Source of the DNA: a virus
Strand: one strand, 5' to 3'
DNA length: 64,000 nucleotides
IMG/VR virus record: IMGVR_UViG_3300047471_000466
Coordinates: 15,248 to 79,247 of that record
Shown here: piece by piece, positions 9,348 to 19,201 of the stretch
How positions within the stretch are numbered: position 1 is the first letter of the stretch
Layout: the number at the start of each line of letters is the position of its first letter
Made by a program: the position numbers and the translations under genes
Notes under the pieces: generated by a model
Told to the model about the DNA's origin: nothing
Seen by the model: the letters and a program-made list of their open reading frames with translations, nothing else
Database searches by the model: none

Positions 9348-9597
9348 TCAATCAAATCGAACTAAAATAGAAGATGTTATTCGGGGGACTATTGATTACG
9401 ACGAAATCCTTAGCCCTGGGCACCTTAATTTTGCGATTTCAAAAATGTTAGAAGTATACTGGGCGAACGTAGGACATCGATATCAAACAATCAACGATAT
9501 CCTTGGAGCATTGGAAGGGGCAAAATTGGAATTTTATAGACGCGTAGCGGTTCCTTATGAGGAACAAAAGATCAAAGAGAACGGGGATATTTATTGA
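9334..9597 (+). CDS. Conserved small phage protein (DUF6899-like)
   Basis: MPYI..R, PGHLNFAI, GALEGAKLEFYRR..PYE..KI.ENGD. Confidence 0.6.
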   Translation: MPYISQSNRTKIEDVIRGTIDYDEILSPGHLNFAISKMLEVYWANVGHRYQTINDILGALEGAKLEFYRRVAVPYEEQKIKENGDIY

Positions 9598-9724
9598 TGA
9601 AATATTGGATGCCTTGGGATAGAGAAATTTTTGATTGGAAAAAAGACATACCTTGGAACGAGCCGATGTTCTGGTTTCCATTTATGCTAATCGGTTTCGG
9701 GATAACTGCTTTTTTCATTTTTAG

Positions 9725-11842
9725 ATGAGATTCTTCTGCCTACCAAACCTGACCTCTCAGGACTTAACTGAAGGCGATCCTCGAACAGCCGCACCGCGGC
9801 CAGAGTTCGAAGATAAGAAAGCCTTTCGGGAATGGTGCGCACAGAACAATACCCAGCACATTTTCTTCAATCACGTAGAACCGTTGACGCCAAGTCTGCG
9901 CACCACTAAATCCAATCCTCCCTTCTATTTATTTGGCTTCACTGCAGATTATGACGCCGAGATTTCCCAAGACGAGGTCCTCTCCCTCGTCGCCGCCAAC
10001 GCCCCCGCCGGATTACTGCCCCTATTCATCTCCTCAACGTTTTCCGGCGGGGTGCGTCTTACGTGGGAATTCTCAGAACCAGTTATAGTGGATCAACCAG
10101 AGCTTGCGGCCAAGTTCATGCACCTGTTGGTGAAAGAACTGGGAGTAGGCGACCTTAGTGTAGGATATGACCGAAACAGTGAAAACTTGCAGCAATACTT
10201 CGAGGCGGGAACAGATTGGAAAGCTGTGCCGAATGGGAAACCGGTGTCCAGCAAAATACTGGGAAATCTTTTCTATCGTGCAGCTAATGACTCTAAAATC
10301 AAATCAGAGGGTCCCATTATTCCTATCGGCAAAGTTGCCGAAGAAGTCAAGGCGAGATGGCCTGGACGAGTCACAGATTTCTCAGTGGGAAACCGAGTCT
10401 CCCTCTTTTGGGTCGAACCATACGAAGACAGAGTAGGCGCTCAGATTGGCGATGCGGGAATGATATGCTATTCTTCCCGCGCTGGAAAGAGTTTTGTGCC
10501 GTGGAGTGAAATCCTCGGGACAGAATTTATGCGCGGCTATCAGGCAGAGCGGATAGGCGCGGCGGTGGAAAACATTTATTATGACGGACAACACTATTGG
10601 ATCAAAGGCGAAGGCAAGCGGTTTATGCGCAGGACGACAGAGGACACGTTCCGGTATCTCAAGGGTCAGGGGATCTGTCCCAAACCCGACGGAAAGTCCT
10701 ACGCTTCTGAAGCCGACCGAGTATTGCTCGCAGTCCAGGAACACCACGAAGTCAAAGCCGCTGCTCCAGTACCCCACGACAAAAGATTACTGGTCAAGAT
10801 TAATGGGGAAACCTACTTAAACACCTCGACGCTAGAAATAATGAAACCCGCGGAGAGCGGGAACCCGGAAAAGTTTCCATGGATACAGGAGTTCATCAAC
10901 AACGTTTGGGACAAGCCGAAAGAAACACAAAGAGACCATTGGCTCGCGTGGCTACAGTACGCCTACGTGACATGTCTAGATGGAAAGCCAACTCAGGGAC
11001 AGGCGATCTTTATCGCTGGCCCCTCCTCTTCGGGAAAGACTTTTACAAGCCACCATATCTTGGGAACTATATTCGGCGGCTGGTCAGACGCCAGCGAGTA
11101 TCTTCTCGGCAAGACGAACTTTAACAAACAGGATTCTGAAGTATTTTTGTGGGCAATCGACGATACCCGAGGAAGCGCTACGTGGGAAAATAAAGCCCAG
11201 TTCTCCCACAAGCTGAAAGCCCACGTAGCCAATCCTCAAATTAGATGTGAAAGAAAAGGCAAAGATGCAGTCACGCTCCCCAGAAAAGGACGAACAGTTA
11301 TTACGTGTAACGACGATGATGCCTCATACTCCATTATCCCCCACATGGACATCAATATTAAAGACAAGATATCCCTGTTTAAGTGGAACTCATGGAGGGC
11401 AGACTTCCTTCCCGGTGGAGGTTCAGAAGTAGTTGTATACAAAGAACTTCCATACTTTCTAGCTTATTTAAAGGCTTGGAAACCCCCTGCTTACGTCATG
11501 GATGCCAACCCAAGGTTCGTGGTAAACGCGTATCACCATCCGGATATGTTACAAGCGGCTTATGAACAAAGCAGTGAAGCAAGGCTGCAAGAGTACATTG
11601 ATGAATATACCAGTGGTGACAAGGATGCAGACCTCAAACACAAGATATGGGCTTCCCCTACTCGGCTACGGAAACTGTTAGCCAATGAGAAAGGACTCAG
11701 TGTGGACCTGAGGGAGTTCGGTAGGGAGCGTATGGCACAGGCTCTTAAGGCTCTAAAACTAAGAACTAGGAAACACGGCGGATCGACCGAGTATTTGATT
11801 TATGATCCCGACGTACACTTTGAAGGTGCAAAAGGTGTATAA
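9725..11842 (+). CDS. Primase-helicase (N-terminal prim-pol-like domain, C-terminal P-loop NTPase)
   Basis: ADYD and STFSGG motifs at the N-terminus; Walker A GPSSSGKT, Walker B WAIDD, ITCN. Confidence 0.8.
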   Translation: MRFFCLPNLTSQDLTEGDPRTAAPRPEFEDKKAFREWCAQNNTQHIFFNHVEPLTPSLRTTKSNPPFYLFGFTADYDAEISQDEVLSLVAANAPAGLLPLFISSTFSGGVRLTWEFSEPVIVDQPELAAKFMHLLVKELGVGDLSVGYDRNSENLQQYFEAGTDWKAVPNGKPVSSKILGNLFYRAANDSKIKSEGPIIPIGKVAEEVKARWPGRVTDFSVGNRVSLFWVEPYEDRVGAQIGDAGMICYSSRAGKSFVPWSEILGTEFMRGYQAERIGAAVENIYYDGQHYWIKGEGKRFMRRTTEDTFRYLKGQGICPKPDGKSYASEADRVLLAVQEHHEVKAAAPVPHDKRLLVKINGETYLNTSTLEIMKPAESGNPEKFPWIQEFINNVWDKPKETQRDHWLAWLQYAYVTCLDGKPTQGQAIFIAGPSSSGKTFTSHHILGTIFGGWSDASEYLLGKTNFNKQDSEVFLWAIDDTRGSATWENKAQFSHKLKAHVANPQIRCERKGKDAVTLPRKGRTVITCNDDDASYSIIPHMDINIKDKISLFKWNSWRADFLPGGGSEVVVYKELPYFLAYLKAWKPPAYVMDANPRFVVNAYHHPDMLQAAYEQSSEARLQEYIDEYTSGDKDADLKHKIWASPTRLRKLLANEKGLSVDLREFGRERMAQALKALKLRTRKHGGSTEYLIYDPDVHFEGAKGV

Positions 11843-11897
11843 AGTGTACGCGAGTGCATCGGACAGACGTACACTTTTGGGTGAAAAGGTGTACGCG
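11810..11897. repeat. Direct/inverted repeat cluster, candidate replication origin
   Basis: gacgtacacttt at 11810 and 11866; reverse-complement core aaagtgtacg at 11841; aaaaggtgta at 11830 and 11884; AT-rich stretch follows. Confidence 0.5.
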
Positions 11898-11988
11898 GCT
11901 AAGGCGAACGCGGGCAGGCACTTAGGCGGGATTTGCCCCCTTTTATGAATATTAAAACACTATCGCCCAGTAAACACTAAAATAATAT

Positions 11989-12228
11989 ATGGAATACAGC
12001 CAGAAACAGACCGAAAACACGGCCAACCAGCAACCCTCTGAAAAAGTGCATGAGTCACCCAAAGATCGGAGTATGTGGATTAACCTTCGTAATATCAAGT
12101 ACATACAGATCCCGCCCATGGGGGTAGGGTTTGTTGTCGCCTATCTCGATGGAACCCACACGACTCTTTCTTTTAATCCGTTGGGGGCGAATCGATGCTT
12201 CGGACGGGAAGATTGGGTGACCTACTAA
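11989..12228 (+). CDS. Hypothetical protein
   Basis: First ORF of a tightly packed small-gene run. Confidence 0.5.
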   Translation: MEYSQKQTENTANQQPSEKVHESPKDRSMWINLRNIKYIQIPPMGVGFVVAYLDGTHTTLSFNPLGANRCFGREDWVTY

Positions 12229-12230
12229 TT

Positions 12231-12416
12231 ATGAAAGACGATAAATACGAAATTGAGGGCCTCGCCCCAGACCGGTTCAACATTTATGTGGTGCGCAAAG
12301 GCAAGCCGAGAGTCCTCGCCTGTACCGCCCCTTCGGAGCAGATAGTAAAAGTAATAGCTATCGCCTTGATGGAACTCGATAAGAATTCCCGAGGTATTGA
12401 TTGGGGAAACCCCTGA
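12231..12416 (+). CDS. Hypothetical protein
   Basis: ATG 12231 follows the upstream stop directly. Confidence 0.55.
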   Translation: MKDDKYEIEGLAPDRFNIYVVRKGKPRVLACTAPSEQIVKVIAIALMELDKNSRGIDWGNP

Positions 12417-12417
12417 T

Positions 12418-12603
12418 ATGAAAATAACTGTAGGAGTCAAAAATATGGCCTTGTACCCAGAAAACGATGCAGAAGTGCATCAACTGGAGTGGGTTGCGCA
12501 GGAATTACAAGATTGGATAAAGGACTATGAGGAAACCCGTCATTGGAATATTACTTGTTTGAAGATCCCTCTATCGCCTAAGGAGATACATGCTGAAAGA
12601 TAA
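12418..12603 (+). CDS. Hypothetical protein
   Basis: ATG 12418 follows the upstream stop directly. Confidence 0.55.
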   Translation: MKITVGVKNMALYPENDAEVHQLEWVAQELQDWIKDYEETRHWNITCLKIPLSPKEIHAER

Positions 12604-12675
12604 ATCTGCTGCCTTGCTGCCTTGCAGCCCCGCCAGTGGCCCACAGTACCCATTAGATTCTCAGGAGAATCGTCG

Positions 12676-12975
12676 ATGAGTGCAGCCCGCTCCCTTGACC
12701 TTCTCCCACCAGAATTTGAGCGTTTCGGGTTTTCCTTTCGCCAAGTGCATCGTACCCCTGTCGCCGCGGTTTATGAAGCCATGCTACTGGGAGGAGGTTC
12801 GCCTATGTACGAGGTTATCAGACCCAATATATCCAAGCAGAGGAACGTAGATGGAACCTGGATACCTTGTTCGCCTTACGAAGCCTACCCTTCTTCAGAG
12901 CAGTGGGGAAGCCGTGGGTGGACGTTTTTAAGTAAAGATGAAGCAATGGAGAAATGTGAAACAATAAAGAAATGA
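12676..12975 (+). CDS. Hypothetical protein
   Basis: SD aggag before ATG 12676; YPSSEQWGSRGWT motif seen in phage small proteins. Confidence 0.6.
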   Translation: MSAARSLDLLPPEFERFGFSFRQVHRTPVAAVYEAMLLGGGSPMYEVIRPNISKQRNVDGTWIPCSPYEAYPSSEQWGSRGWTFLSKDEAMEKCETIKK

Positions 12976-13265
12976 ACTACGAAATAACTGAAGAAGATAT
13001 CAAATACGCAGAGTTAGCAGCCCATAAGGTTGCACCCTTGTTTCAATGCTTCCAGTGGCAATGGCACGATGTTGCGATGTTCGCCGAAGAAGGGGGATAT
13101 AGTGAAATCAAAGAGCAGGGGTACACGCCCACCGTTCAGCAGATCGCCGATGAGTTTATTCGCCTGATCGAGGATTTTGAGAACAACGGTCGGCTCGGTT
13201 TGGAAACTGGAAGACTTGGAATTAAGAAAGATGAAGAAGGATATCAACTGTATTTAACGTTATGA
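12972..13265 (+). CDS. Hypothetical protein
   Basis: ATGA-coupled ORF. Confidence 0.65.
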   Translation: MNYEITEEDIKYAELAAHKVAPLFQCFQWQWHDVAMFAEEGGYSEIKEQGYTPTVQQIADEFIRLIEDFENNGRLGLETGRLGIKKDEEGYQLYLTL

Positions 13266-13447
13266 TAACCCGAATGTTTACCGACCCTGAAAGAGAGAAG
13301 CTAGTTGAAGCGGTGGGGATCCACGCCGCCAACAGAATAGAAACCTTGGAAGACGATATTAAAGCTATCACGGAATATCTAGAAGTTATAAAAGTGTATG
13401 GAACCCAAGGTTGGAAATACGTCCACAACTCGGAGAAGTCGCGATGA
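13262..13447 (+). CDS. Hypothetical protein
   Basis: ATGA-coupled ORF. Confidence 0.6.
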   Translation: MITRMFTDPEREKLVEAVGIHAANRIETLEDDIKAITEYLEVIKVYGTQGWKYVHNSEKSR

Positions 13448-13863
13448 ATAGAAGAAAAGCAATCACATTACTGTCGGCAGTGCTGCCCTGCGCCTTTGTA
13501 GCCAGGATGTTGGGAGAGAAAGATTTACATGGAACGCCTTCGCCTTATCCGGTCCAACCTTACACGAGTGGGTTTCATGTAGAGGTATATGAACTGGCGG
13601 AACGCTATGATATGGAGGGTAATAAACTGCCGCCTTGTTTCCGTGCGATCATAAGAGACTGCAAGACAAACTACGTTGCGGCTCTGAACTCTGCCGAGTG
13701 GGTGGACGGGGTAAAAGATAAGCGAATCGCTCTACAGGGTTTGTATAGAAGTGTCGCCTATGTTTTACAGCGGAGACAATTTCCCGCGGACACAAAGATT
13801 TATGATGTGGAGAAAACTGAGCATGGATTGAAGTGGGTAAACCCGAGGTATCACAATGAGTGA
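13444..13863 (+). CDS. Hypothetical protein with twin-arginine-like N-terminus
   Basis: MNRRKAITLLSAVLPCAFVA; ATGA-coupled start. Confidence 0.6.
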   Translation: MNRRKAITLLSAVLPCAFVARMLGEKDLHGTPSPYPVQPYTSGFHVEVYELAERYDMEGNKLPPCFRAIIRDCKTNYVAALNSAEWVDGVKDKRIALQGLYRSVAYVLQRRQFPADTKIYDVEKTEHGLKWVNPRYHNE

Positions 13864-14075
13864 TGTCGAAACTGCCGCTTTGGTTTTCTTCGTCTTCTTC
13901 GGTCTTGTAGCCTTGTTTTATGGAATCAGTAAATTCATGGAGAAGAGACAATGACTGTAAAAGAGTTGATCATTGAATTGTTGAAGTGGCCCATGGACGC
14001 CAAAGTGTTTACCGACACAGATTATGAAGGCGGGAATGAATTTATTGCTGATACAGTTGAAGAATTCCAAGAATA

Positions 14076-14993
14076 TTGCGGAGAGAAAGGAATAAAAATA
14101 TCGTGACAATCGCGTTGCACACGATGGTTAAAAATGGTAGAGAGAAACTTCCTGCTCTATTAAAATCCGTTACAGGTTTCTGCGATAAGGCGATCATCCT
14201 CGACACGGGCTCCACGGACGGGACGCAGAAGTGGTTGATAGAGCAGGATATTCTTCCTGCTGAATACGCTTCTTGGCCTTTTGATGACTTCGGCACTTCC
14301 CGAACTAAAGGAATGGAATACGCCAAAGGAAAGGCCGATTGGTTGTTACTCCTCGATGACGATATGCGACTCGTCTTTAACAAACCAAAGGAAGAGATAA
14401 AGTCGTCCCTCGATCCCGCGGCTGGCTGCTACATGATTAAACATGAGGCCCCGGTGTCGTATTGGATTACTCGCCTTGTCCGCGGCGACCAGGATTGGGA
14501 ATACAAAGGCGTTACGCACGAATATCTCGACCGTTCCTATACCGCCCTGCGCCTAGACGGCCTTGTAATAGATCACCAGTATAACCACGGACCGGAGAAG
14601 TTTGAGCGGGATCTTCGCCTTCTTTCCGCCGATATCGCCCGTGATCCTTATGACGCTCGGACGATCTTTTATTTGGCCCAGACGCTGCGCGATATGCGGC
14701 ACACGTTACCGGCGATCCGGTATTATGAGCTACGAGCAAGAATGGGTGGTTGGGAAGAAGAAGTGTATTATAGTATGTATGAAGCCGCCCGTCTCGCCGA
14801 GGATCCCGCCGCTATGACTCTCGCCTATAATTATCGTCCCTCTCGTGCAGAAGCGCCACAATGGTTAGCGTGGTATTATGGAAAAAAAGAGGGGGCCAAT
14901 TGGAAGATAACCGCAGATTATTGGGAGGGTATTCGTAAGAGTACCCCCATGACAAAGGACATTTTATTTGTGAATCAAGCAGCGTATGGATAA
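14076..14993 (+). CDS. GT2 glycosyltransferase with C-terminal TPR-like repeats
   Basis: MVKN, ILDTGSTDGT, DDFGTSR, WLLLLDDD, YKGVTHEY, RTIFYLAQT..D, GWEEE, P.RAE; true start probably 14103-14124. Confidence 0.85.
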   Translation: MRRERNKNIVTIALHTMVKNGREKLPALLKSVTGFCDKAIILDTGSTDGTQKWLIEQDILPAEYASWPFDDFGTSRTKGMEYAKGKADWLLLLDDDMRLVFNKPKEEIKSSLDPAAGCYMIKHEAPVSYWITRLVRGDQDWEYKGVTHEYLDRSYTALRLDGLVIDHQYNHGPEKFERDLRLLSADIARDPYDARTIFYLAQTLRDMRHTLPAIRYYELRARMGGWEEEVYYSMYEAARLAEDPAAMTLAYNYRPSRAEAPQWLAWYYGKKEGANWKITADYWEGIRKSTPMTKDILFVNQAAYG

Positions 14994-15186
14994 ACATTAC
15001 GACGTATATCGAATTAGTACTAATCAAGTAATTACAGATTTTGAATTATTGAAAGACGCGGAGTTGTGGGTTGCGGAACAGCGCACTCCAAGTGATTATG
15101 ATATCATACCTGTCGAGGTTCAGGAATGCTCTTCGCCTATGAATTTATTTTTGAGCCATGGAACTTTAACAAGAAACAAAAAATGA
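14986..15186 (+). CDS. Hypothetical protein
   Basis: Coupled small ORF. Confidence 0.5.
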   Translation: MDKHYDVYRISTNQVITDFELLKDAELWVAEQRTPSDYDIIPVEVQECSSPMNLFLSHGTLTRNKK

Positions 15187-15383
15187 GGTACAAATTAGAA
15201 AAATACAAAGCAACTTTGTGGGAGCGTATTTGGAAGACTCTCGAAACTTGGGATTGGGCGGATTCAGAATATCAATATCAAATGAAGGAGGTTTCACCTT
15301 TGGATCCAGAATACGAGTTCGCTCCTTTTGAATTAGGGAACACATTTTACGAAGAAAGATTTTCATTAATAATACCAAAATGA
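15183..15383 (+). CDS. Hypothetical protein
   Basis: ATGA-coupled small ORF. Confidence 0.55.
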   Translation: MRYKLEKYKATLWERIWKTLETWDWADSEYQYQMKEVSPLDPEYEFAPFELGNTFYEERFSLIIPK

Positions 15384-15694
15384 AAACATTAAGAGAATAT
15401 CAAACAGCCGCGTGGCTGACCGCCCTTCCTTCTACGAAGAATGTTAACTATATGGCAATGGGGTTGGGTAACGAAGCAGGAGAAGTGTTAGGTAAGGTTA
15501 AAAAAATTATTAGAGGCGATTCGAGTTGGAGTACTCAGGACATATCAAAAGAAATCGGCGATGTATTGTGGTATTGTGCGGGATTAGCTAGTGTGTTGAA
15601 TCTTACATTAGAAGGAATCGCCCGAGAAAATATTAACAAATTAAGCGACAGAAAAGAAAGAGGAGTGATACAAGGTAATGGCGATACTCGATGA
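15380..15694 (+). CDS. mazG: MazG-like nucleotide pyrophosphohydrolase
   Basis: YQ..A..TA, GLGNEAGEV..KVKK..R, KEIGDVLWY, N..KL.DR..RG.I.G.GD. Confidence 0.9.
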   Translation: MKTLREYQTAAWLTALPSTKNVNYMAMGLGNEAGEVLGKVKKIIRGDSSWSTQDISKEIGDVLWYCAGLASVLNLTLEGIARENINKLSDRKERGVIQGNGDTR

Positions 15695-17582
15695 AGATTT
15701 TCTCAAACCCTACAAAAAGAAAAAAGTTGACTGGGGGTTCAATGGTCTCGGCTATGTGGTCTATAAACGAACCTATTCCCGCCTCAAATCCGACGGATCC
15801 TCCGAGGAATGGGCTGACACTTTACGACGTTGTGTTGAGGGAGCGCAAGAGATCGGTGCTGGATATACTAAGAAGGAAGCCCAAACGTTATACGATCACT
15901 TGTTTAACTTGCGGTGCAGTTTTGCTGGACGAATGCTTTGGCAGCTTGGAACGGATACAATTCATAAGATTGGAGCCTCATCGTTGCTTAACTGCTGGTT
16001 TGTCGCCATTAGAGAGCCTAAAGATTTCTGCTTCTTGTTCGACCAACTCATGCTCGGAGGCGGAGTCGGATTCTCTGTAAGACGGGAAGATATTTATGAT
16101 TTGCCTAGAGTTAAAACCGGAGTTTGCATCAAGCATGAAAGAACAGCAGATGCTGACTTCATCGTCCCGGACAGTCGGGAAGGATGGGTCAGTTTGTTGC
16201 GAACGATATTGGATTCGTTTTTCGTCACTGGAAAGTCCTTTACGTTTTCGACATTGCTTATTAGATCCAAAGGCACCCCTATTAAAGGTTTTGGAGGATT
16301 TGCTTCAGGACCCGCGGTGCTGATTGAAGGACTGGAAAAAATATGCAAGGTTCTTAAAGAGCGTGAAAACAAAAAAATTAGATCAGTGGATGCTCTGGAC
16401 ATTGCTAACATCATCGGCTCCGTGGTGGTTGCAGGGAACGTACGGAGGTCCGCCGAAATCGCCTTGGGGGATCCTGATGATGTTCTTTTTCTTCGCGCTA
16501 AACGTTGGGATCTTGGTAATATCCCTACGTGGCGGGCGATGAGTAACAATTCAATTTATGCAGACAACTATAACCACATCATGGAACACGTATGGGACGG
16601 GTACTCTGGTAACGGGGAGCCCTACGGATTCTTTAACCTTCCTCTCGCACGGCGCGTGGGAAGGCTTGGAGAAGATGTTCGGGACAACTGTGAAGGACTC
16701 AATCCCTGTGGAGAACAAGCACTGGCGAGTTATGAGTGCTGTAATCTCTCCGAATTGTATCTTAACCGAATTGAAACCGAGGAACAATTAATTGAGTGCG
16801 CTTCGCTCTTATACAAAACACAGAAAGCGGTCGCAGCGGCATCCTATCACTATCCGGAAACTAACAGTGTCGTCCACAAAAACATGCGAATCGGATTGGG
16901 AATCACGGGGATTTGTCAAAGCAACAATAAGCTTGACTGGTTATCCAAGTGCTATAAAGCCTTACGAAAGTTGGATAAGGAATGGAGCAAAGAGCGAGAA
17001 TGGAATACGTCGATTAAGCTCACAACGGTTAAACCCTCGGGCACACTATCTCTGCTTGCCGGTTCAACGCCGGGCGTTCACCCTGCTTATGCTCCTTATT
17101 ATACTCGTCGTATCCGCCTTTCGACGGACGATAAACTTTGTAATGAGCTTCGTTCGTTAGGCTACGAACTTGAATACCAAAAGAACCAAGACGGATCTGT
17201 GGATCACGCTACTACTGTTGTTGAGTTTCCTTGCACTGCTGGCGATAGCCTCGTGGCTAAGGATATGACCGCGGTGAAGCAACTAGAGTTAGTAAAGAAA
17301 ATCCAGACGTTATGGTCAGACTCCGCCGTAAGCGCCACCGTGTATTACAAGAAAGAAGAACTAACCCCAATACGAGAGTGGCTTAAAGAGAACTACACCA
17401 ATGGCGTTAAGTCCATTAGTTTCCTGCTTCATGAAGGTCATAACTTTGTTCAAGCGCCGTATGAAGAAATAACAAAAGAACAATACGAAGAACGAATTAA
17501 AAAATTGAAACCAATACAAAACATAACAACCGGTGATGCAATCGTTGCCGAGTGCGATCAAGGTGTATGCCCGGTACGTTAA
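15678..17582 (+). CDS. nrdJ: Class II adenosylcobalamin-dependent ribonucleotide reductase (monomeric RTPR type)
   Basis: VYKRTYSR, AGRMLW..G, LLNCWF, LGGGVGF, VVAGNVRRSAE, NPCGE, CNLSE, TTVKPSGT, C-terminal CDQGVCP. Confidence 0.95.
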   Translation: MAILDEDFLKPYKKKKVDWGFNGLGYVVYKRTYSRLKSDGSSEEWADTLRRCVEGAQEIGAGYTKKEAQTLYDHLFNLRCSFAGRMLWQLGTDTIHKIGASSLLNCWFVAIREPKDFCFLFDQLMLGGGVGFSVRREDIYDLPRVKTGVCIKHERTADADFIVPDSREGWVSLLRTILDSFFVTGKSFTFSTLLIRSKGTPIKGFGGFASGPAVLIEGLEKICKVLKERENKKIRSVDALDIANIIGSVVVAGNVRRSAEIALGDPDDVLFLRAKRWDLGNIPTWRAMSNNSIYADNYNHIMEHVWDGYSGNGEPYGFFNLPLARRVGRLGEDVRDNCEGLNPCGEQALASYECCNLSELYLNRIETEEQLIECASLLYKTQKAVAAASYHYPETNSVVHKNMRIGLGITGICQSNNKLDWLSKCYKALRKLDKEWSKEREWNTSIKLTTVKPSGTLSLLAGSTPGVHPAYAPYYTRRIRLSTDDKLCNELRSLGYELEYQKNQDGSVDHATTVVEFPCTAGDSLVAKDMTAVKQLELVKKIQTLWSDSAVSATVYYKKEELTPIREWLKENYTNGVKSISFLLHEGHNFVQAPYEEITKEQYEERIKKLKPIQNITTGDAIVAECDQGVCPVR

Positions 17583-17730
17583 CCTCTGCTGTGTTAGATG
17601 AAGTTCATGAAGAGCTTAAAAAACATTCGATTCCGCTATCCTACGATGAAGAAGGCCGACCGTGCTATACTATTCAGTTTGAAGGAACTGAAGAAGAATA
17701 CAAAATCTTGAAGCAGAAACTTTCTGAACT

Positions 17731-18390
17731 ATGAGATCCTATTTACTTTGGGTATCCGCCAATCAAGGCAGGATGACCCCGCTGTTACATTCCGCTGATC
17801 GCCTTTATGATATCGCCATTCATGATTATGGTGACTGGACGGAAGAAGACGTTAGAAAGAATTGCGAAGCTGAGTACTGGCTTCCTTTTCCACGAAGAGA
17901 GAAGTTTGAAGTCGCCGCAACGATGGTGAACGTTCTTCCTTCCTATCGATACTACGCATTTCTTGACGACGATCTCACTGTTGACGCGGTCATTCTTAAC
18001 CGGCTTTTTCTTGTCGGCGATTCTCTAAATTTGGATCTTTATCAACCGGCGCTGACGAAAGAAAGTTTTTCCAGCCACCAACATCTGTATCAAAATAATT
18101 ACGGCGGACCCATTCGTCGTGCCCCATTTGTTGAGATTATGTGCCCGTTCATGAGCCGGAAGATGGTTGAGCAAGCTGCTCCTACCTTCGATCTTAACCA
18201 ATCGGCGTGGGGGCTGGACATACATATTTGGCCGAAGTTGGCTGTGGATTGCTATGTTGTAGACGCCCTCCCAGTCGCCCACATGCGACCTCCAGCAAGG
18301 CGGGACAGGGTACAACGAAACGGATTAACCCCTCATCAGGAATATGAGATAATCAGAAAGATGAATTATGATGGAAACAGACCTTGGTAA
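17731..18390 (+). CDS. DUF707-like putative glycosyltransferase
   Basis: YRYYAFLDDDL, LDLYQPAL, FVEIMCPFMSR, WGLD match DUF707 motifs. Confidence 0.75.
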   Translation: MRSYLLWVSANQGRMTPLLHSADRLYDIAIHDYGDWTEEDVRKNCEAEYWLPFPRREKFEVAATMVNVLPSYRYYAFLDDDLTVDAVILNRLFLVGDSLNLDLYQPALTKESFSSHQHLYQNNYGGPIRRAPFVEIMCPFMSRKMVEQAAPTFDLNQSAWGLDIHIWPKLAVDCYVVDALPVAHMRPPARRDRVQRNGLTPHQEYEIIRKMNYDGNRPW

Positions 18391-19201
18391 AGCAGTCGTT
18401 GTTGTCGCCTGGCATAACGAAGAACAACTAGCAGCGTTTAAACGAGAGTGGTATATCAAGCAGGACGACCCTGTGATATTCCAGCAGGACAAACATAAGG
18501 AAGGCTGCGCCGTCACTAAGAACAAAGGAATAAAGAAAGCCTTTGATTCCGGAGCCGAAGTCATTTGTGTTTTGGATGACGACTGCTTTCCTGATTCTAG
18601 CAATCTTCTTTGGCCGGGCAACATTCGCTATTTCATCCAGCAACACGTTGAAGCCTTGCGGCCTCAAGCCGTGCAGCGGGTAATCTCTACGACCATACCC
18701 AATTCCCGTGGGACTCCTTATCGCCATACAAGCATGAAGATGCCGGTCGCTGCCTCCATGGGGTTCTGGTCGGGCTATCCGGACTTCGACGCTATCGCAG
18801 CCTTGCAGCTAGGAGAAACTGCGAAAGTGAAATTCAACCAACAAGCGATCTTTGGATCCTTCTTTCCATTGTGCGGAATGAACTTCGCCTTTAGGCGGGG
18901 TTGGGTGGATTGCGCTTTGCAGGTTGAGGGATGCAACCGGTGGGAGGATATTTTCGGAGGTTGGGTTTTTCAGAAGATCGCGTATGAACAGGGTTGTTGT
19001 TTTAACTTGAACGGTCCCGTAGTTCGCCATTCCCGGCAATCCAACGTCTGGCATAACCTGAGAGAGGAAGCTAAGTATATCGAACAGAACGAAACGCTTT
19101 GGGAAATTATCGCTAAAGCTCCTTATGGGTTGTCTGCTAATTCGTTGCGAAAACTTTATATTGAACCTATGTTGAAAAAAGGAGGTGATAAGAATGGCTG
19201 A
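18368..19201 (+). CDS. GT75 / reversibly glycosylated polypeptide (UDP-arabinopyranose mutase-like) protein
   Basis: LDDDCFP, RGTPY, SMGFWSGYPDFDA, FPLCGMNFAFRR, RWEDIFGGW, HSRQSNVWHNLREE parallel plant RGP motifs. Confidence 0.75.
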   Translation: MMETDLGKAVVVVAWHNEEQLAAFKREWYIKQDDPVIFQQDKHKEGCAVTKNKGIKKAFDSGAEVICVLDDDCFPDSSNLLWPGNIRYFIQQHVEALRPQAVQRVISTTIPNSRGTPYRHTSMKMPVAASMGFWSGYPDFDAIAALQLGETAKVKFNQQAIFGSFFPLCGMNFAFRRGWVDCALQVEGCNRWEDIFGGWVFQKIAYEQGCCFNLNGPVVRHSRQSNVWHNLREEAKYIEQNETLWEIIAKAPYGLSANSLRKLYIEPMLKKGGDKNG

